DNA from: Raillietiella orientalis | Lineage: Eukaryota | Length of the DNA stretch: 64,000 bases | NCBI GenBank assembly: GCA_036172245.1 | Contig: JAYWIR010000046.1 | Location: forward strand, 310,001-374,000 | Direction: 5' to 3' | In this document: piece after piece, positions 11,811 through 26,000 of the stretch | How the letters are laid out: each line of letters begins with the position of its first letter | How positions within the stretch are numbered: position 1 is the first letter of the stretch | Translations under genes and position numbers: made by a program | Notes under the pieces: generated by a model | Databases searched by the model: none | Seen by the model: only the letters and a program-made list of their open reading frames with translations | Told to the model about the DNA's origin: nothing

Positions 11811-12192
11811 CTATTCGCGAAATGTAGTCATCTACAAGGAAACGCAACAGTAAAGAACCGATGACCATTCGTGAATTCAATCCTTAGAATTTCTTGACGA
11901 GTCAATGATGAATTTTTTTTTTTTGAAGGGAATGATCTACTTGCACGAGTCCCGATTCGAATCCGTGGAAACCTAACTCCCACGAACTGCCTTATCGACA
12001 AGAAATGGAAATTGAAAATACCGGACTACATGTTTCAGAAGTCCAACGGAAGAATTCCGTGAAGAAGACCAAAATTTGCACTGGCGACCACTTGGAAAGT
12101 AAGAATATCGTCAAACTAGAAAAATCAGTTTTCGTCTCTCCGATGTCTTGTATACGGCTTCTGAATTTATAGAAGAAGGAAATGTGATCTCG
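11811..12192 (+). pseudogene. Inverted copy of guanylate cyclase intron + exon 43117-42946 + 44-nt intron + start of exon 42901
   Basis: Matches the reverse complement of ~42851-43240: poly-T acceptor, 'GMIYLHES..(frameshift)..[23 protein letters not shown]', the 44-nt intron 'gtaagaatatcgtcaaactagaaaaatcagttttcgtctctccg' with its acceptor AG changed to CG, then '[15 protein letters not shown]'. Confidence 0.92.
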
Positions 12193-12756
12193 AATAGAAG
12201 GACATCGTGCTTAGGCATTTCTGCTACTCCTAGGTCGTGTTGCAGGTGTTATAGAATGCCTGGTTTTTCCCCTGTTCAATCTAAGACATCAGAAATAAAG
12301 AAGAGCTTCAGGTGAGTTCAAATACCAGTTAGTTGCTGTCAGTATTTCCATGGGTAGCAGACTGAGATGGAGACGGTGGATCAGCTTCCTCGGTGTTACT
12401 TTCTCCAAACTCCTTCCCAAAGAGACCCCATCCATCGTAGAGATTCTTTTCGAAAAGGAGGAATTCAGAACCCCGTCGTTCTTCAAACATGCGGGAATCT
12501 CGAATGCTTCTCCCGTAGGAGTGTTTGGAGATTATATATTATGTCTCCACACTTCAAGGAAACCATGACAATTTTCGTTGAGGTGAGGAATATGCCGGGT
12601 GTCGATCATTCGATGTCTCCACGCCAGGGATTTGCATGGGAGAGTAGCGGTTATCTAGCGTACGATTGTGTCCCGAGCAAAGATACGTTAGAATGTAAAG
12701 AGTTTTCAGACTATTCAGGACAAGGACTGGATATGACGCTGTGGTTTCTAGAATGA
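12193..12756 (+). pseudogene. BTB gene copy D: 3' part only (end of BACK plus exons 2-3)
   Basis: 'SCLGISATPRSCCRCY..PGFSPV', intron 12312-12357, 'FLGVTFSKLLPKETP...ISNASPVGVFG', intron 12583-12627, then 'GFAW...GLDMTLWFLE*'. There is a frameshift near 12540-12570. The downstream flank to ~13965 is an inverted paralog of ~16575-17790. Confidence 0.87.
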
Positions 12757-15017
12757 GGTGGTTCTTTCTGCTGGACACTTCAAGAGTGTAAGTATTCCGA
12801 ACAGAGCTATCGACTTCGTCTCAACTTCGAAACTCACGCTTTACAAGAAGCAACCGGAAGTTGGGGATGCATGTCAGCCGGCGGATGCCAGCAAGAAATG
12901 TATTGTACACGGTATCTGCAGATGCAGATGCACCGCCTGCATGCAAATAAAGAGATCTCTGTGCAGACCGTTGCTTTTTTTCTGAGGCAAAAAAGAAGAA
13001 ATGCAGTGGCTGAATCAAAGATTCTGACAGCATCTTCCCGGTCAGCGAGCTCTGGAACTGTACATCCTTGCTTGGAAGGTCTCTCCTGTTCTACTACTTT
13101 ACGCTCTAGATTCCAAAGACGGTTAGTGCTGGTTATGCTCACACGTAGAAAAATCTTCAATGTAGAAACGAACAGGACTATGGAACCACGCTTTCTTGGG
13201 AGGTGTATTTGCGATGTAAATTTTCGCATCTTCTGAAGAAGCAGCTGGGGAATAGCTTTCTGTATTCTTTATGGACCGATGAACAACGAATAAGATATTC
13301 TAAAGAGAGAAAACAATCTGATTCATGTGATCTAACCTCAAATCATGCAGGATTCTTAGTCAAACAGACTGCTTCCATAATTATTATTTATCTTATGGTT
13401 AACGAATTTCACATCCAGGGGCGCAAAATTTCACATCAATTAAAAATTTGAATGGAAATTACACTGCTGTCGCTCGGGTAACTTTTCCTGTATTTCAAGA
13501 ACACTATTACTTTGTAATCCATATTCCTTTAATTATCCATTCTTCACCATCCGTTCCAGATAACGTCTTTTTAATTTCACTGACTCCATCTTATCAATTC
13601 TCTAAAAACACTGGTTCTAAAGGATCTTCTCGTCTCCTAACTTCCTTATAGATTTTTCACCATTTTTTTAAATTCCAAATTCCAAAAGAATACAGTTTTA
13701 CCCAATACAATATTTCATCCATGCTCGCAGTCAACTCTGGAAGTTGCGGAAAGTGCGATTTGCTTCGGATAGGTTACACGGATACAGTCAGCTTGCCTCT
13801 GCTATACTAGGCGATCTTTGTGCTTCTCTGGGTAAAAAGTCTTAAATTTTCGAAGGATAGTGCATGCAGAAATTGGTGAATCTGAGAACCTCGCTAGTGC
13901 TACCGTATCTTCTCTGTACCAGAACCAGGAGACATGCACTTTTAAGGAAGAACTATGACATATGGTAAGAAGTCAAAATTCCCAGCCATGCCAAGATTTC
14001 TTGAAAGCCGATTTATGCAATCAGGCGGACATTGTCTTTCGCACTGAAAATATCAAACAGTTTCGTTCATGAAAATCAAAGATGTTCCTATGAAAAGTTT
14101 CCTAGGCAGTTCAGCGGAAACTTGTAAGATTTCTTGCTGGTGTCTGGTAGGAGCCAGCAACAACAGTAAGTTTTCAAAGGGATGCCTGTTTCCAAATGAC
14201 CAAGATCATTTTTTCTGAATGAAGCGATCCCGTGAGGAAATTGAAAGAATTCTTTTCTGAGGACAAGCAACTGAAATTACATCCTTCGAAGGAGGTGGAT
14301 TTAACAGCAAATGAGTTATTTCTGCCTCTAGGTTTGTCTGTGGGAGGGTTACTGCTGACCTCTAGTTCGTCAACAGCAATGGTTGGTAATTTGTTCAGCA
14401 CTTGCACTTGAAAATCTCTGCTAGTTGACCGACGGTATACTTACAATCACGACTTCTAAGGAAGGAAACGGCACTTTTCTGAGAAACTTTCTGATATACT
14501 TCATTTCTCTTTTTCTCTTCCATACTTGCTACTTAGAAACGATGATTCATTCTAATCATTCAGGATGCGGTGGTATTTTTGTTTTTCATAATCGAAATGC
14601 ACCTTCTCGCCGTGCATCGGAAAAAGCCAGCAACATGGTCGGTTGCCTCCTCGTACTTGCTCTGTTTAGTTTGCTTGTTCTGAGAAAATAAAACTTTTTA
14701 TTCCTGTCAAATAATTCCTTTTCTTTCTTGGAAATTCGGAAAGAAGCAAACTCGCATGTGTAGGGAGGTGAAAGGCAACTCTCTCCATGCCGGGCATATA
14801 GATAGGGGCTCACAGCTGGGTTAAGGAGACTAGCAGCTCGTCTACCTGTAGATGCGTTTGCACCTGGTCCAACGGGAGCTGTGCCTCGCTGTGTATATCG
14901 CGAACGTAGCGCAGTTCTTGCCTCCATGATCTGCTCTCACCCTTGAGGCAAAGAAGTTGGTGCTTGTTTTTAGTAACGTCAATGCGATTAGGAGTGGTCT
15001 GTCCTGATGGTTGAAAA

Positions 15018-15401
15018 CTGGAAGAGGATCTTTTCGGCGTCGAACTTTTGGAGATGCCGTCTCTGGAGTTGCATTTGTCTACTCAGTCTCGCTCTAAACT
15101 CCTGGAAACTGTTGTCAAGACAGCAGCGAAATGCAAATGGGTTTCTTGGGAATTTCCGAGCCTGCCATCAACATGTGCAGAAAGCGTTCAGACCCCTTGC
15201 AGAAAGTCGACTGTTGAGGGCGCAATTTTGAAAATGGAGTCACGAGATCACTGGGCTGCCACAACCCAATGCGAGGTAACGCTCTGGAAGGGTGCAGTTT
15301 GTAAGGCTTTTGCATCGTTCTTATCGGGAGAGGGGATGCCGAAGACGGCTTCTTTCAAGAGATCGCAGATGCTACTGAGGTACAAGCTCGAAAAAGCATC
15401 G
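15018..15401. repeat. ~385-bp interspersed repeat, copy 1 (copy 2 at 54806-55197, same orientation)
   Basis: Long identical tracts, e.g. 'cttgggaatttccgagcctgccatcaacatgtgcagaaagcgttcagaccccttgcagaaag' and 'gaaaatggagtcacgagatcactgggctg'. Confidence 0.9.
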
Positions 15402-17789
15402 GTGCTTTCCGCCAAACACATGTCGCAGACCCTTGCGTGCATGCACCCTGTGCCGAGGGGGTGAACACACGACTATCGCTAGATCGCTGACAGCGCGAGG
15501 ACACCACTCGACTCCACAGTTTGTTGACCCAGACTCAACCGATCTGACACAACTCAGCCAATACCCCCGAGAACGAATCTTTCGGCTGACCTGCAAGTCG
15601 GCGAGCCCTCTTAACCGAACTTTTGTGGGACCTTTTTTTTTCTTTCGATTCACAAGGAACTCCGTGCCTTCTGTAGCTCTTCCGTAGTTTTATTTTTTAT
15701 CAACAAACGCCGCGGAGCGACTGAGCGGAAAACGAGTCCTCCCGAGGACACCGATCTATGATTTTGGGTGTGCATAAGCGGCAACTTAGTAATATTACTT
15801 ATATTACTTAGTAATATGCTGAGATTTACTTGGGTGTTGGAAGGCGTTTATGGTTCGAAACACTCTGCATTTGTTATGAGATGTTTGATTTCCTGTAGGA
15901 AACGCCATGACTTGGTTTTATTTTGTTTAGAAAGAGGAGTGACCTCTTCATTAGTGATTCAGTGATCGATTAATAATTCGTGATGCTTGAGTGATTCAAT
16001 GGAGTATTAATTATTCTTCCGTTGTCAGTAAGAATTGCTTACATATCGCCTATCGTTGCTTTTTTTAACGTAACAAAAAAGTTTGCACGAGATTGGTAGC
16101 ATTTAAATTTAATCATCGAGTTGATTGGAATGGATGATTACTGACAAGTTTTGCTAATCATGTGTCAGCAGTTGTCTCTAAATACGTGTCCTCGATTGAG
16201 ATTGTCCCCGATTCCAACGAAAGATGTAGGTTTATCTATAGGTATTAGAGGGAACTAAGTTATTGCTGATAAAGAAGAATGGGTTATTCTAGCGGTGGAG
16301 ATGAGAAACATTAGGGGATCTTGCAAAGTGATTGATGATAGCCGAGAAGTTTATGGGTCTCTGTGGTTGGTTTGATTATTTGGTGGTAATAAGTTTTCTA
16401 AATAGAAAGCAATGGGAAGTTCCACTCTGGATGCGGTATGAAGGGGCACAGGATAACGTAGCACATAATGAAGTTTGGCTATATGAATGTAATTTTGTGT
16501 CGCTATAGAATATCACCGGAAGTTTATTTGAGAAGGGCACGTCGAACAATGCAATCACCGAGTACAAATTTTCCATGTCACAGTTCTTCCTTGTGAGTGC
16601 ACGCCCTTTGGTCTTCGTACAGAGAAGGTACAGGACAACTTGTCAGGTTTTCAAATTTTCCAAATGCTGCATGTCCTATTCTTTGAAAAATTGAGACCTT
16701 TCATCCGGAGAATCTCAAAGATCGCCTTGTATAACGCACACAAGCTCAGCATGTCCGAATGACCTCTGAGAAGCAACTGTCAATTTCCGAACCATCCCGA
16801 CGTGATTGATAGCGTGAATGAAAGATTGTATTGGGTAAAGCCATCTTTTTTGCTAATTTTGAATCTAATTTCAGGTTGAAAATCTATAATGATCTATAAT
16901 GAGTTCAGGAGGCGGGAAGTCCCTTCAGAGCTAGTGCATTTAGAGAATTGAGAAGTTTGAGGTAAGGTATTGAAAAAAAAAAAAAAAATGTCATCTATGT
17001 TGCTGCTGAAGAGTGGATCTTCGTGGTTAGAAAATTATGTAAAAAGAAGAGTGATTGGAAATGATGGAAAAGTTACCTAAGCGATAACCGTAAGTACCAA
17101 GGGAGAGTTTTGTTTGAATGGAATGTGGAATGTTGTATTAGTGAACCATAAGGTGAAGAAGAATTATGGTGACCGTCTATTCGAGTGATCATTCAACATG
17201 GTTTGAGCTTGGATCGGCGTAAGTCGAATTGTTTTCTCCCTTTATGACCTCGTATTCGTTGTGTGCCAATCCATAAAGAATACCGAAAGCAATTCTTCAG
17301 CAGCTTCCTCAGAACACGATGCGAAACTTTGCACCGCAAACACACCTTGCAAACAAGACATGGTTCGACGTGGTTTCGTCTCTTTGACGAAGATTCATGT
17401 GTAGTCACTTCGGAGTCAGCAAAACTGAATCCAATCATCTTTGGAAACTCGAGCGTTACGTATTAGAACTGGGGAGACCCTCCACGCCAAGGCGTACAGT
17501 TGCAGAGCTCAGTGCCCAGGAATATGCCCGTCACAATCGTCCTATACATCGATCCAACTACCACATTTCTTCCTCATTGTCCGTAGAATCAAAGCAACGG
17601 TTCGCTGACGCACAGAAAACGCTTTATTTCCGCGCAGTCGATGCTCCAGCAGATTCAGAACCCGTGTACAATAGATTTGTTGCTGGCATTCGTCGTCGGA
17701 CCATCGTCCTCAAACTCTTGCTGGTTCTTAATATGAACTGAAACACGCCGGGGTTTCAATGTTGAGACAGAGAGAGCTCCTGAATTGTC

Positions 17790-19122
17790 AACAAATTTCA
17801 TATCCTCCAACACCATATTTCTGCAGAACAACAGTCGCTGGAAGTATGCCTCTGACTTGTGGAAATCCCTGTCGTACAGATATTTAATGAAAAGGCACTC
17901 GGCAGCTTCGTCACCTGAACGAAAATTTCCAAGCTGTAGTAGGCGTTTGAGAACATTGAAAACATATATCCAAATACGTTTACAGGAGAAGCATCAGAGA
18001 TTCTCGAACATTTGGTGCACAAAGTGTACTCAGTTTCTGAAAGGTGTTTTTCTTTCAAGTAAATGTGCACTCTAAATAAGGTCTCTTTGGGAAGAGGTTT
18101 GGAGAAAGTAATACCATGGAAGAAGGCGTCCACTTCCAAGTTTAGACTTCTTTCCATCCATGTACTGAGAACAGCTATTTGATATTTGAACTCACCAGGA
18201 GCCGATAAATGTTTCTGATCCCCATGGTTCAACAGGGCAAAACCCAGAAATTCCAAAACATTTGCACGGCGACCTGGGAGTAGCAGAATAGCCTAAGCAA
18301 GGTCCCGCTCTTAGCAGCACAATGTGAAGAAGTTGCAATGCTGATCCATCCCCTAGAAGATCTGAGGATTCGTATATTCCAGCAAATTCTTTGACGGACA
18401 GTAAAAGGAAATGGATGACTTGAATGACATCACGACAATCATATAGATGTTCTTTCAGCCACCCGGAGACTGCGTAGGCGATGTCTATTTCTTGCATTGC
18501 AAGCGTATCCCTAATCAGTAGCTGAAGCAGCATGTCCTTCGATAGTCTCACGAAACCATCAGACTCGAGCACCAAAGGTGCAACTCCGTCTACATAAACC
18601 ATGCATTCCTCTAGAAAATCGAGATCCTCTATAAGATAAACAACGTCCAGAAGCTCGCAGCAGTTGTCTGGATTTCTCCGTTTTTTCAAAATATCCAAGA
18701 AGCACGTTTTCAAATTGGGATACTTATCGGCCGCGTACAACATATTGAGGAAATTGGTAAAACAACTCTCGCTAGGTTTATCATCCGTATACAAGTGAAT
18801 CAAATTCTTCATCGCCTCGAAACTGATGTCTGGAACCTCCACGAAAAATCCAGTGTTGCATGACAACTCTCCGTAGAACATCCTTAGGAAAACGGGGCTG
18901 CCAGATGCTAGCAACAGCTGATGAGCATGGATCTCCTCTCTCTCTTCACCACAGAGGAAACATACATCGCCCAAGAGTTGCTCCTCCAGCATCTGCCTAA
19001 ACCTCTTTCGCCTGTACTGTGCAGTTCTTCAAAAGCTTAGTAGAGTTCATGCATATCACACGTAGCTCACTGAAGCACTCTCCTTCTGTGCTCAGTGACT
19101 CGTCCGTCTTTGTTTCTCTCAT
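17790..19122 (-). pseudogene. BTB-BACK gene copy C (near full length, disrupted)
   Basis: The ATG at 19122 ('MRETKTDESLSTEGECFSELR') lies 130 nt from the conserved 'MLEEQLL' ATG at 18992, against 138 nt in copy B, so there is a frameshift. It also has small deletions in BTB/BACK ('ADKY---PNLK'), introns at 18195-18150 and 17914-17869, and a frameshifted, truncated exon 3 near 17790. Translation from 18992 could still give a shortened protein. Confidence 0.75.
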
Positions 19123-22100
19123 TATGGATGCCCACTACATGAGGAAAAGTCCATCGGTTTGGGAAATGCAAGAAATGGATGACCGTGCACATCCCCGTAT
19201 TTCGAAAACTTTATCTTCACGCGATTAGCGAATTTAGATTCGCATATGGCGGAGAACGAGCTTCTACAATCTTCAGCTTTTTCTTACCATCTGGAAGTTG
19301 CCCAAACGGCAGCAAATGGGAACATCACAAATCATCACTTGTTTTGTAGCTCGTGGACGATAAGTGACATTTGTAGAAGTGGTGCCGATGAACAAAACAT
19401 GCAAATACCTTTGGTTTTTGGAATGCTCCGTACCAAACAGTTAACTCGGTAAAGAAAATGACAGATAAAAACCGCACGAGGCAGCAGATGCGAACGCATT
19501 CATACAGAGTTACTTTGGTTCATCTCACAGATCCTTCGTTAATATGTGGATTTTGAAGAATTCTTGCATGATACTCGACATCACAAAAAAATCAATGAGA
19601 TATCTCTTCCAGGTCTCTTGGTGCTAAGGGGTGCCGCCGTCAAAGGAAAAACGCAATTACGATGCAGCGGGACCTATCGAAAGTCACGGAATGTTGGATT
19701 TCGTTCTTTTTTGCAGAGGTTGGCGTCCCGAGCAATTGCGTAGCATTGGAGACGGAGGAGCAAGCGCGTGGTCATAGGGGTGCTGAAGGTTCAGTTTTGA
19801 GTTGTAGATGTACACCTGTTAAATTCCAACTCGGTTTGTTTTTGAGTATCCTAAAACTGGAGTGTCATTAAGATGTGGTTGAAGCCTCACTTTGGAAGCC
19901 TTCTTTGAAACGCAGTTCCCGATGGTTGTCTTGTATCAATAGTCAGAGAGAGTTTCTCACAGAAGCGACGATGACACCCGCGATGGGCATCGCTGGAGTC
20001 ATCACCGCTTTTGAAACCTTTTAAGTGGATGGAAGACACTCGTGAGTGTCTGCTGAGGCCAGACGAAATTCTTGGAGCGTGAGCTGGTTGCAAGTGGCTA
20101 ACGAAGACGAAGAAATTATGCATTGCGCTTCACAGTTTTGATCAAAGAATCAACGTGACCTCTAAGTGGGGAGGGCGCACAACTGAGTCCAAGGCATGCC
20201 AGGTCTTGCGTCGGCACCTTATTCATTGCTTTTGCATGGATTTGGATTTCTCTCCGCTTTGGAATGGATTTCGGAACTGTTGCCGAATCCGTATGTTGCT
20301 CGATCAACTTTCTGTCTATCCCCCGATAGATTTCCTCATGGAAATTTTTCCCTCCGAATTTTCATACTTGATGAAATTGACCCTTCCTACGCCGAATTCA
20401 TTTCAGAATGGAGTTGGGTTTGCTTTAGGCAACAGCCTATAGCAATGCAGCCACAAGCGAGAGCACTACTGTGCTGCACTCGTTGTTCTGCTGAAGGAAT
20501 TCGAAATGGAGCAATTGCAAGCATTCGAACACATGGAATTCTCGGATTGGTTTCCGAGTGACGTTGGGAAGGGTCGGTGGCTGAAATCGCTGCACGGTGG
20601 CTGAAAAAGAGTGCTTCGAATCGTAAGCTAGCACTCCCTTCCCACGGCACACTGATATTCTAATCCCTGGCATCTCCCCTTGGCACATGTTCTGTTTCCT
20701 CGCGTTCTGCACTTCTCCTGAGAGTTCAGATTCTTACGAATTCTAGTGTACGATGACCACATGTAGCTTACCTGTGCATATCTTTGTTACTCAAACTTTT
20801 GACCAACTAGGAAAAGTGCTACTATGAAGAGCAGATCAGCTTGGAGAGTTATGTACACGGCTTTTTCTCCTCTCGTTGATTTCGAAAGGCTCCAATTGCT
20901 TGATATCTCACTAGCCGAATTCTGTAGGTAGCAGAACAACCTTAATTGATATCAGGTCTTCGAGTTCATGGCGCTCGGGATGGAATATTGACAAGCAAAC
21001 CCCCGCAGAAGTTATGAAAATCGAGAATGCCTAAGGTGAAGCACGTGTTGAGGTAAGCCCATCTAAGGTCAAGCCTATCTCATATAAGGACCCTAAGAAG
21101 CGATCATACATGCTGTCAAGGGCTCAAGTGATGCCGAGTGTCTCATCACCTCGGAATGTGCTTGATTGATATCCGGTTATCCTGTCTTTGCTCGAGAGGC
21201 TGACTGTTTCCTCCGTTTCGTTCTGGAGAGTTTTTACCTATTTCTTATCATATTCTTGGTTTGTTTTTCTGTCTTTGCACTGACTCCTTAAGAATCTTTT
21301 TTCGCGACAGTGAGAGGACCTTTTACCCACTAATAAAAAATCTGAGGTACCAGAGACTGTTGTCAGCTGAGACGATCTCTAGCGAAAATCAGAAGGATGA
21401 GCTGCGTTTTGCAAGAAATTTTCGAGCTCGCTTTCATACCCGCTGATGCGCTCGGGGTTACGAATGAGGCGATATAGGTTCTCGCAACAGGGGGGAAGAA
21501 AGAAGGAACAGTTAGACTTCAATATTTTTGGAAAAGAACAATAGAGTCGGAGTTGAAAGCATCATTCCCTCAGGAACACGAACGAGTCTCTAGTTCCTCA
21601 ACATCGTTGGTTTGAAGGATCTGAGTTCTCATTCCCAATGAAGGTCTCATGGAATCAGCTAGCAGCAGAACAAACGGAGGCTCTTCACAGTTCCCTATAA
21701 GCGATTCCGAATGCAGGATTACCAACAAGGACAGATCTTTATGCCTTCCCAGACACTCCAGAGAAAGTAAACAAGGTGTTGGATACAGGATCGATACTGT
21801 TGCATCTACATTTGCCTAGTTCAGAATATCCTCTTGAAATGGAGAAAATGGTATACCCGAGAAGAAAACTGAAAGGTACTGAAAGGTTTGTCGTAAAAGC
21901 TAAGTCGATCACAGCAATCACGGGATAAAAAGCGCAAAGATGTTCCCTTTGAATGTTTGGATGGGAAGGCCAGTTTCCGGATGATGTCAGACTTCGAACC
22001 TCTCTGCTACTAATTCTATCTCAACTGATGGAAAAAGTGGACGTTCTGAACATAAAGCCAATTCGAGGGGTGCACTGTAGCAAAGAGGTTGATTGCGCAA

Positions 22101-23077
22101 ACATCTTGGAAATTCAATTTCGATGGTAGTGTTTGGTTTTTATATTTTCGGTTAATTTCCATGTATTTTTCTCAATTTCTGTACTTCTGGAGAGTATATG
22201 CCTAAGGTTCTTCACATTACTTCTGTTAGTTCCAGTTACCGACTCTGCCTAAGTGTCATTTTTAAACTGATTGGAATGAAAGCAGGCAGTTCTAATTCGC
22301 AAAGGAAGTCAGTCTTATTTCAAATGTCTTGCCTCGACAAAATTGTTGATTTTTGAATTTATGCAAAATTGCCAGCATCGTATTTGGTACCGCGGAGTTT
22401 ACTGTTTTCCACCGTCTTATTCGAAATGTTGCGGACTGGAAGTTTTTAAAATTACCATGTGTGCTTATCGAAACGATTTTTTTGAACAAATGAGTACACA
22501 TGCAATGTACAAAAAGCGACCGCACGCAAAGTGTGCACATATTCGTGCTGGTAAATGTACTATACGAAAGCTTGGATATATTGTCTATGTAGTCTCTTCA
22601 ACATAGTTTGTTCAAGAGTGCTACTTGCGTTTTCAAGAGGATCAGAACAGTCAGCTTTATTAGTCCAGTAGTAAACTTATTGAGCAGGTTTCGTATTAAT
22701 CAATCGTGGCTGAGTGATTCGTATCAGAAAGTGTTAAATAGCATTTCTGAGGCTATTTAGCGAGTCAAGACATGATGATTTTTACATTTCATAAGTGACA
22801 TTTCATTTCTAGAGATTCCATCTTTGTTGTGGGAACATGAACTTCAATTAGCATAAAAAAAGGACACTACACTTAAACGCCCTGCCAGTTGGAACGTAGT
22901 TTTGCATCCTTGTTGTGTGTATTGCAATGGGGCGATATAAAAATGTTTTGCGTCATGATCCAGAAGTTTTGACAATGATTATGTATCCTACTTTTCCAGA
23001 GCACACCTCTTTGTCTCGTCATTTCTGTTTGACGGGTACTGTGTTTTGAACAGAAATCCACGTAAGGTTTATCAACT

Positions 23078-26000
23078 ATGAGTCTAAAAACACCTTATAA
23101 AGAAGAAAAAACAACTTCGACGCAGTTAAAAGATAACGTGAAAAGCACGTTGCCTAATAATGCAATGCCTTGGGTAGAAAAATAGTAAGTAAAAATCTCA
23201 CTTCCTTTTTATCAAATTTTTAGCCGTCCAAGGAACATGGATGATATTGTGTTTCAAGATGAAGTAGTAGCAGTCTTGAAGAAATCCTTTTCCAGAACAG
23301 ATGTAAGTAGGTGTTATGTTTTGATGCAAAAACTTAAGAAGTATGGTCTTTCTTTTATGATAATTTGAATGTTTTCTGTTTAAAAAGATTCTCTTAACTC
23401 CTGTTGACAGGGTGACTACATGCTTGTAATTAGAAAATACATCTTTGTAATCTTCATGTGATGGTCAGTGCCAGAATAATACATAGATTGTTATTGTGCG
23501 TTCTGTTTAAAATTTTGGTATTTTATGAATGGAAAATTGGCACTTCTTTACAAAAACCTAGAAAATTCTTTGCAGAAAACTTCTTTTATTAGTGGTGGTG
23601 AATTTTGAGTATTTGTGTGATGTTACTGATTCTGAATGGTGTTCATGATACGAAGGATGAAGTAATTTGTTAAACTATAATTAATGGTACCTATGTTTCA
23701 ATTTTTTGTTCATTGTTTGGTATGTATTGCTTGTACCAATTGGTATGAAGCTCATAAAAAAAAAAAGCATAGAATGCCTTTTTATGATGAAAGGTATTTA
23801 AGGATTGTGTTTAGCATAAGTTGAAACTTTCTGTGATTCATTAACTGAATATATGTTTTCAAAAGAAGAAATATAGGACTTGGTTTGTTGTGCCTCATGA
23901 TGAGTAATTTTAAAGTTAGCTGAGTAGCTCGATCTTTAATGTAAATTTCTTCAGGCTCAGGAATTTATTTATTTATTAAATGCAATGATGGAAAAAAACA
24001 AAGATTCTCTTAAAGTGATTTTTTTCATAATGATATGTTTTTTAGATACTTCCAAGCAATTTTTTAGGAACTGAACGAATCCAATAAGCTTCTTTTGTTG
24101 GAATCTTCTTGGAATGTTTTCAAGTGTGATTTTAGAATATGCGATTTCATAAAGAGTTTGAATGATAGGTATAGTGCACTGAAAATATTTAAAAATTTCA
24201 TTTTTTGATTCTTGGAAATTGTGCCTTGTTTTACTTCCATGAATATCTGTCAGTTGTTTTACAGTTTGGTGCAGTGTGTGGGATGGGAGATCTCTTTTTT
24301 CATGTCTGGGAATTTGCTTGGCTCATGTCTTCATTCTCCGACCAAAGTATAATAAACAAAAAATACAAAAATGCAGTTGGTCATGTTTGTATTATTATAC
24401 AGAAATTTCTAGTGTTTAGTTTAACATTGGTTGTATTGTAGAGATGAATGTTGCTTGTTGGCCTTGTTCAGTATAATCAGGTGAAGCTTCACTCTGTTTA
24501 TAAGTTGTGCTCATTGTTCAAGTTTTTTGTTGTTACCAGGGCCCAATGACCCAGCACATTGTGAATAGAATTCTTTTGGTGGTGACCTTAGGTTGTTGAG
24601 AATTATGGAATATCTGTGAAGATGCTGAATACTTCAGCATTTTTCCATGCAACATGGACATTTATCATCTTTGATCTTAGAGTACAGAAGTGCTGTCTTT
24701 TAATTTCATAAGGGTTTTGCTAGTAGTAATTTGATGAATCTAACTTGAAATTCAAGTTAGTTCATGGCATTGCAGTCATTCTGTAATGTCTGAGAGGACT
24801 TGATGATGTAATACATTTTGCTTGCAATGTTTCCTGCTAGGAGAGTCATTTTCCATGTTAGCTTTGTCATGATTCTGTATTGTGTGGCTTGATATCTGTT
24901 TCTTCAGGATTCTGATCTTGTTGATGCAGCAGCAGATATGCTTTATGGTTGGCATGCATGAGCCATGCTATCAGACTTCTGCTGCCTGTCATGCAGTTTG
25001 CTGTTCTGATTTGGGGAATCACTAGGTATTCCGATTCTTTCCTGGGAACCTGTGTATGCTACTCACTTCTGAACTGGTTTGCATGGTTTGGAGGTTCAGC
25101 CCTTCATTTTCCTTGGGTAGTTATTTTGAGCAGGGTGTGTCAATTGATTTTTCATATTTTGGTGCTGGGTTTTCATAATTTTCTGTTTTCTTCTCAAAGC
25201 ACACTAAAATTTAATAAATTATTGCATGACTAATTCCATAAATTAATGAATCGTTCTGTAATTAGTAAGGACTCATAGCATATAATTCCTATGATTTTTT
25301 TTTTAAAAAAAAAATTTACCACTGCAAGTTAAGAACTTTTCATGATATGAAAAGTCAGTCAGTTTTCATCATCAATTTTTTCATATTTCCCTGCTGAAAT
25401 CGATCATTTTGAAAAATCATCCATGAATTTTAAATTCCAAAAGGCATTGGAATTTCAGATGTTATAAAAACTCTTGTTCTTAAAGAGGCATTTTTTTATT
25501 TTCTGTCCTGCACATGGAGTAATGTAATTTTTGGGTCATTCGTTTCTTTTATTTAACAGAAGCCTCTTTTTTTTTTTCATTTATGAACATGATTGTAAAT
25601 ATTCCGAGATGTATTGTTCTACTTCAGCAATTGTATAACCCTAGTGTTTGGTAACCTTAGTGTTCAAATAGGAAAAAGCAAAGATTTTTTCTATCAAGTT
25701 ATATGTCACTTAATATTTTGTTACTTTCGAGCAGTTGAGTCATTCATCAGGTTTTGAGGATGAACATAACATTACAGCATTTCTATTTCCGATAAGTGGT
25801 TTTGAGAGTTTTTGTATTATAGGTTGGCAACTGCTTATAGATCATTGCAGCACTAAGCATTTGCAAACATTCATCATTTCTCCTTTGACTTTTTTAGCTT
25901 CCGAACCTTCTGTTTTACGGTCCTCCAGGAACTGGAAAAACAAGCACCATTCTTGCAGCTGCACGGGAATTATTTGGAAATTCTTACAGGTAAACTTCAA

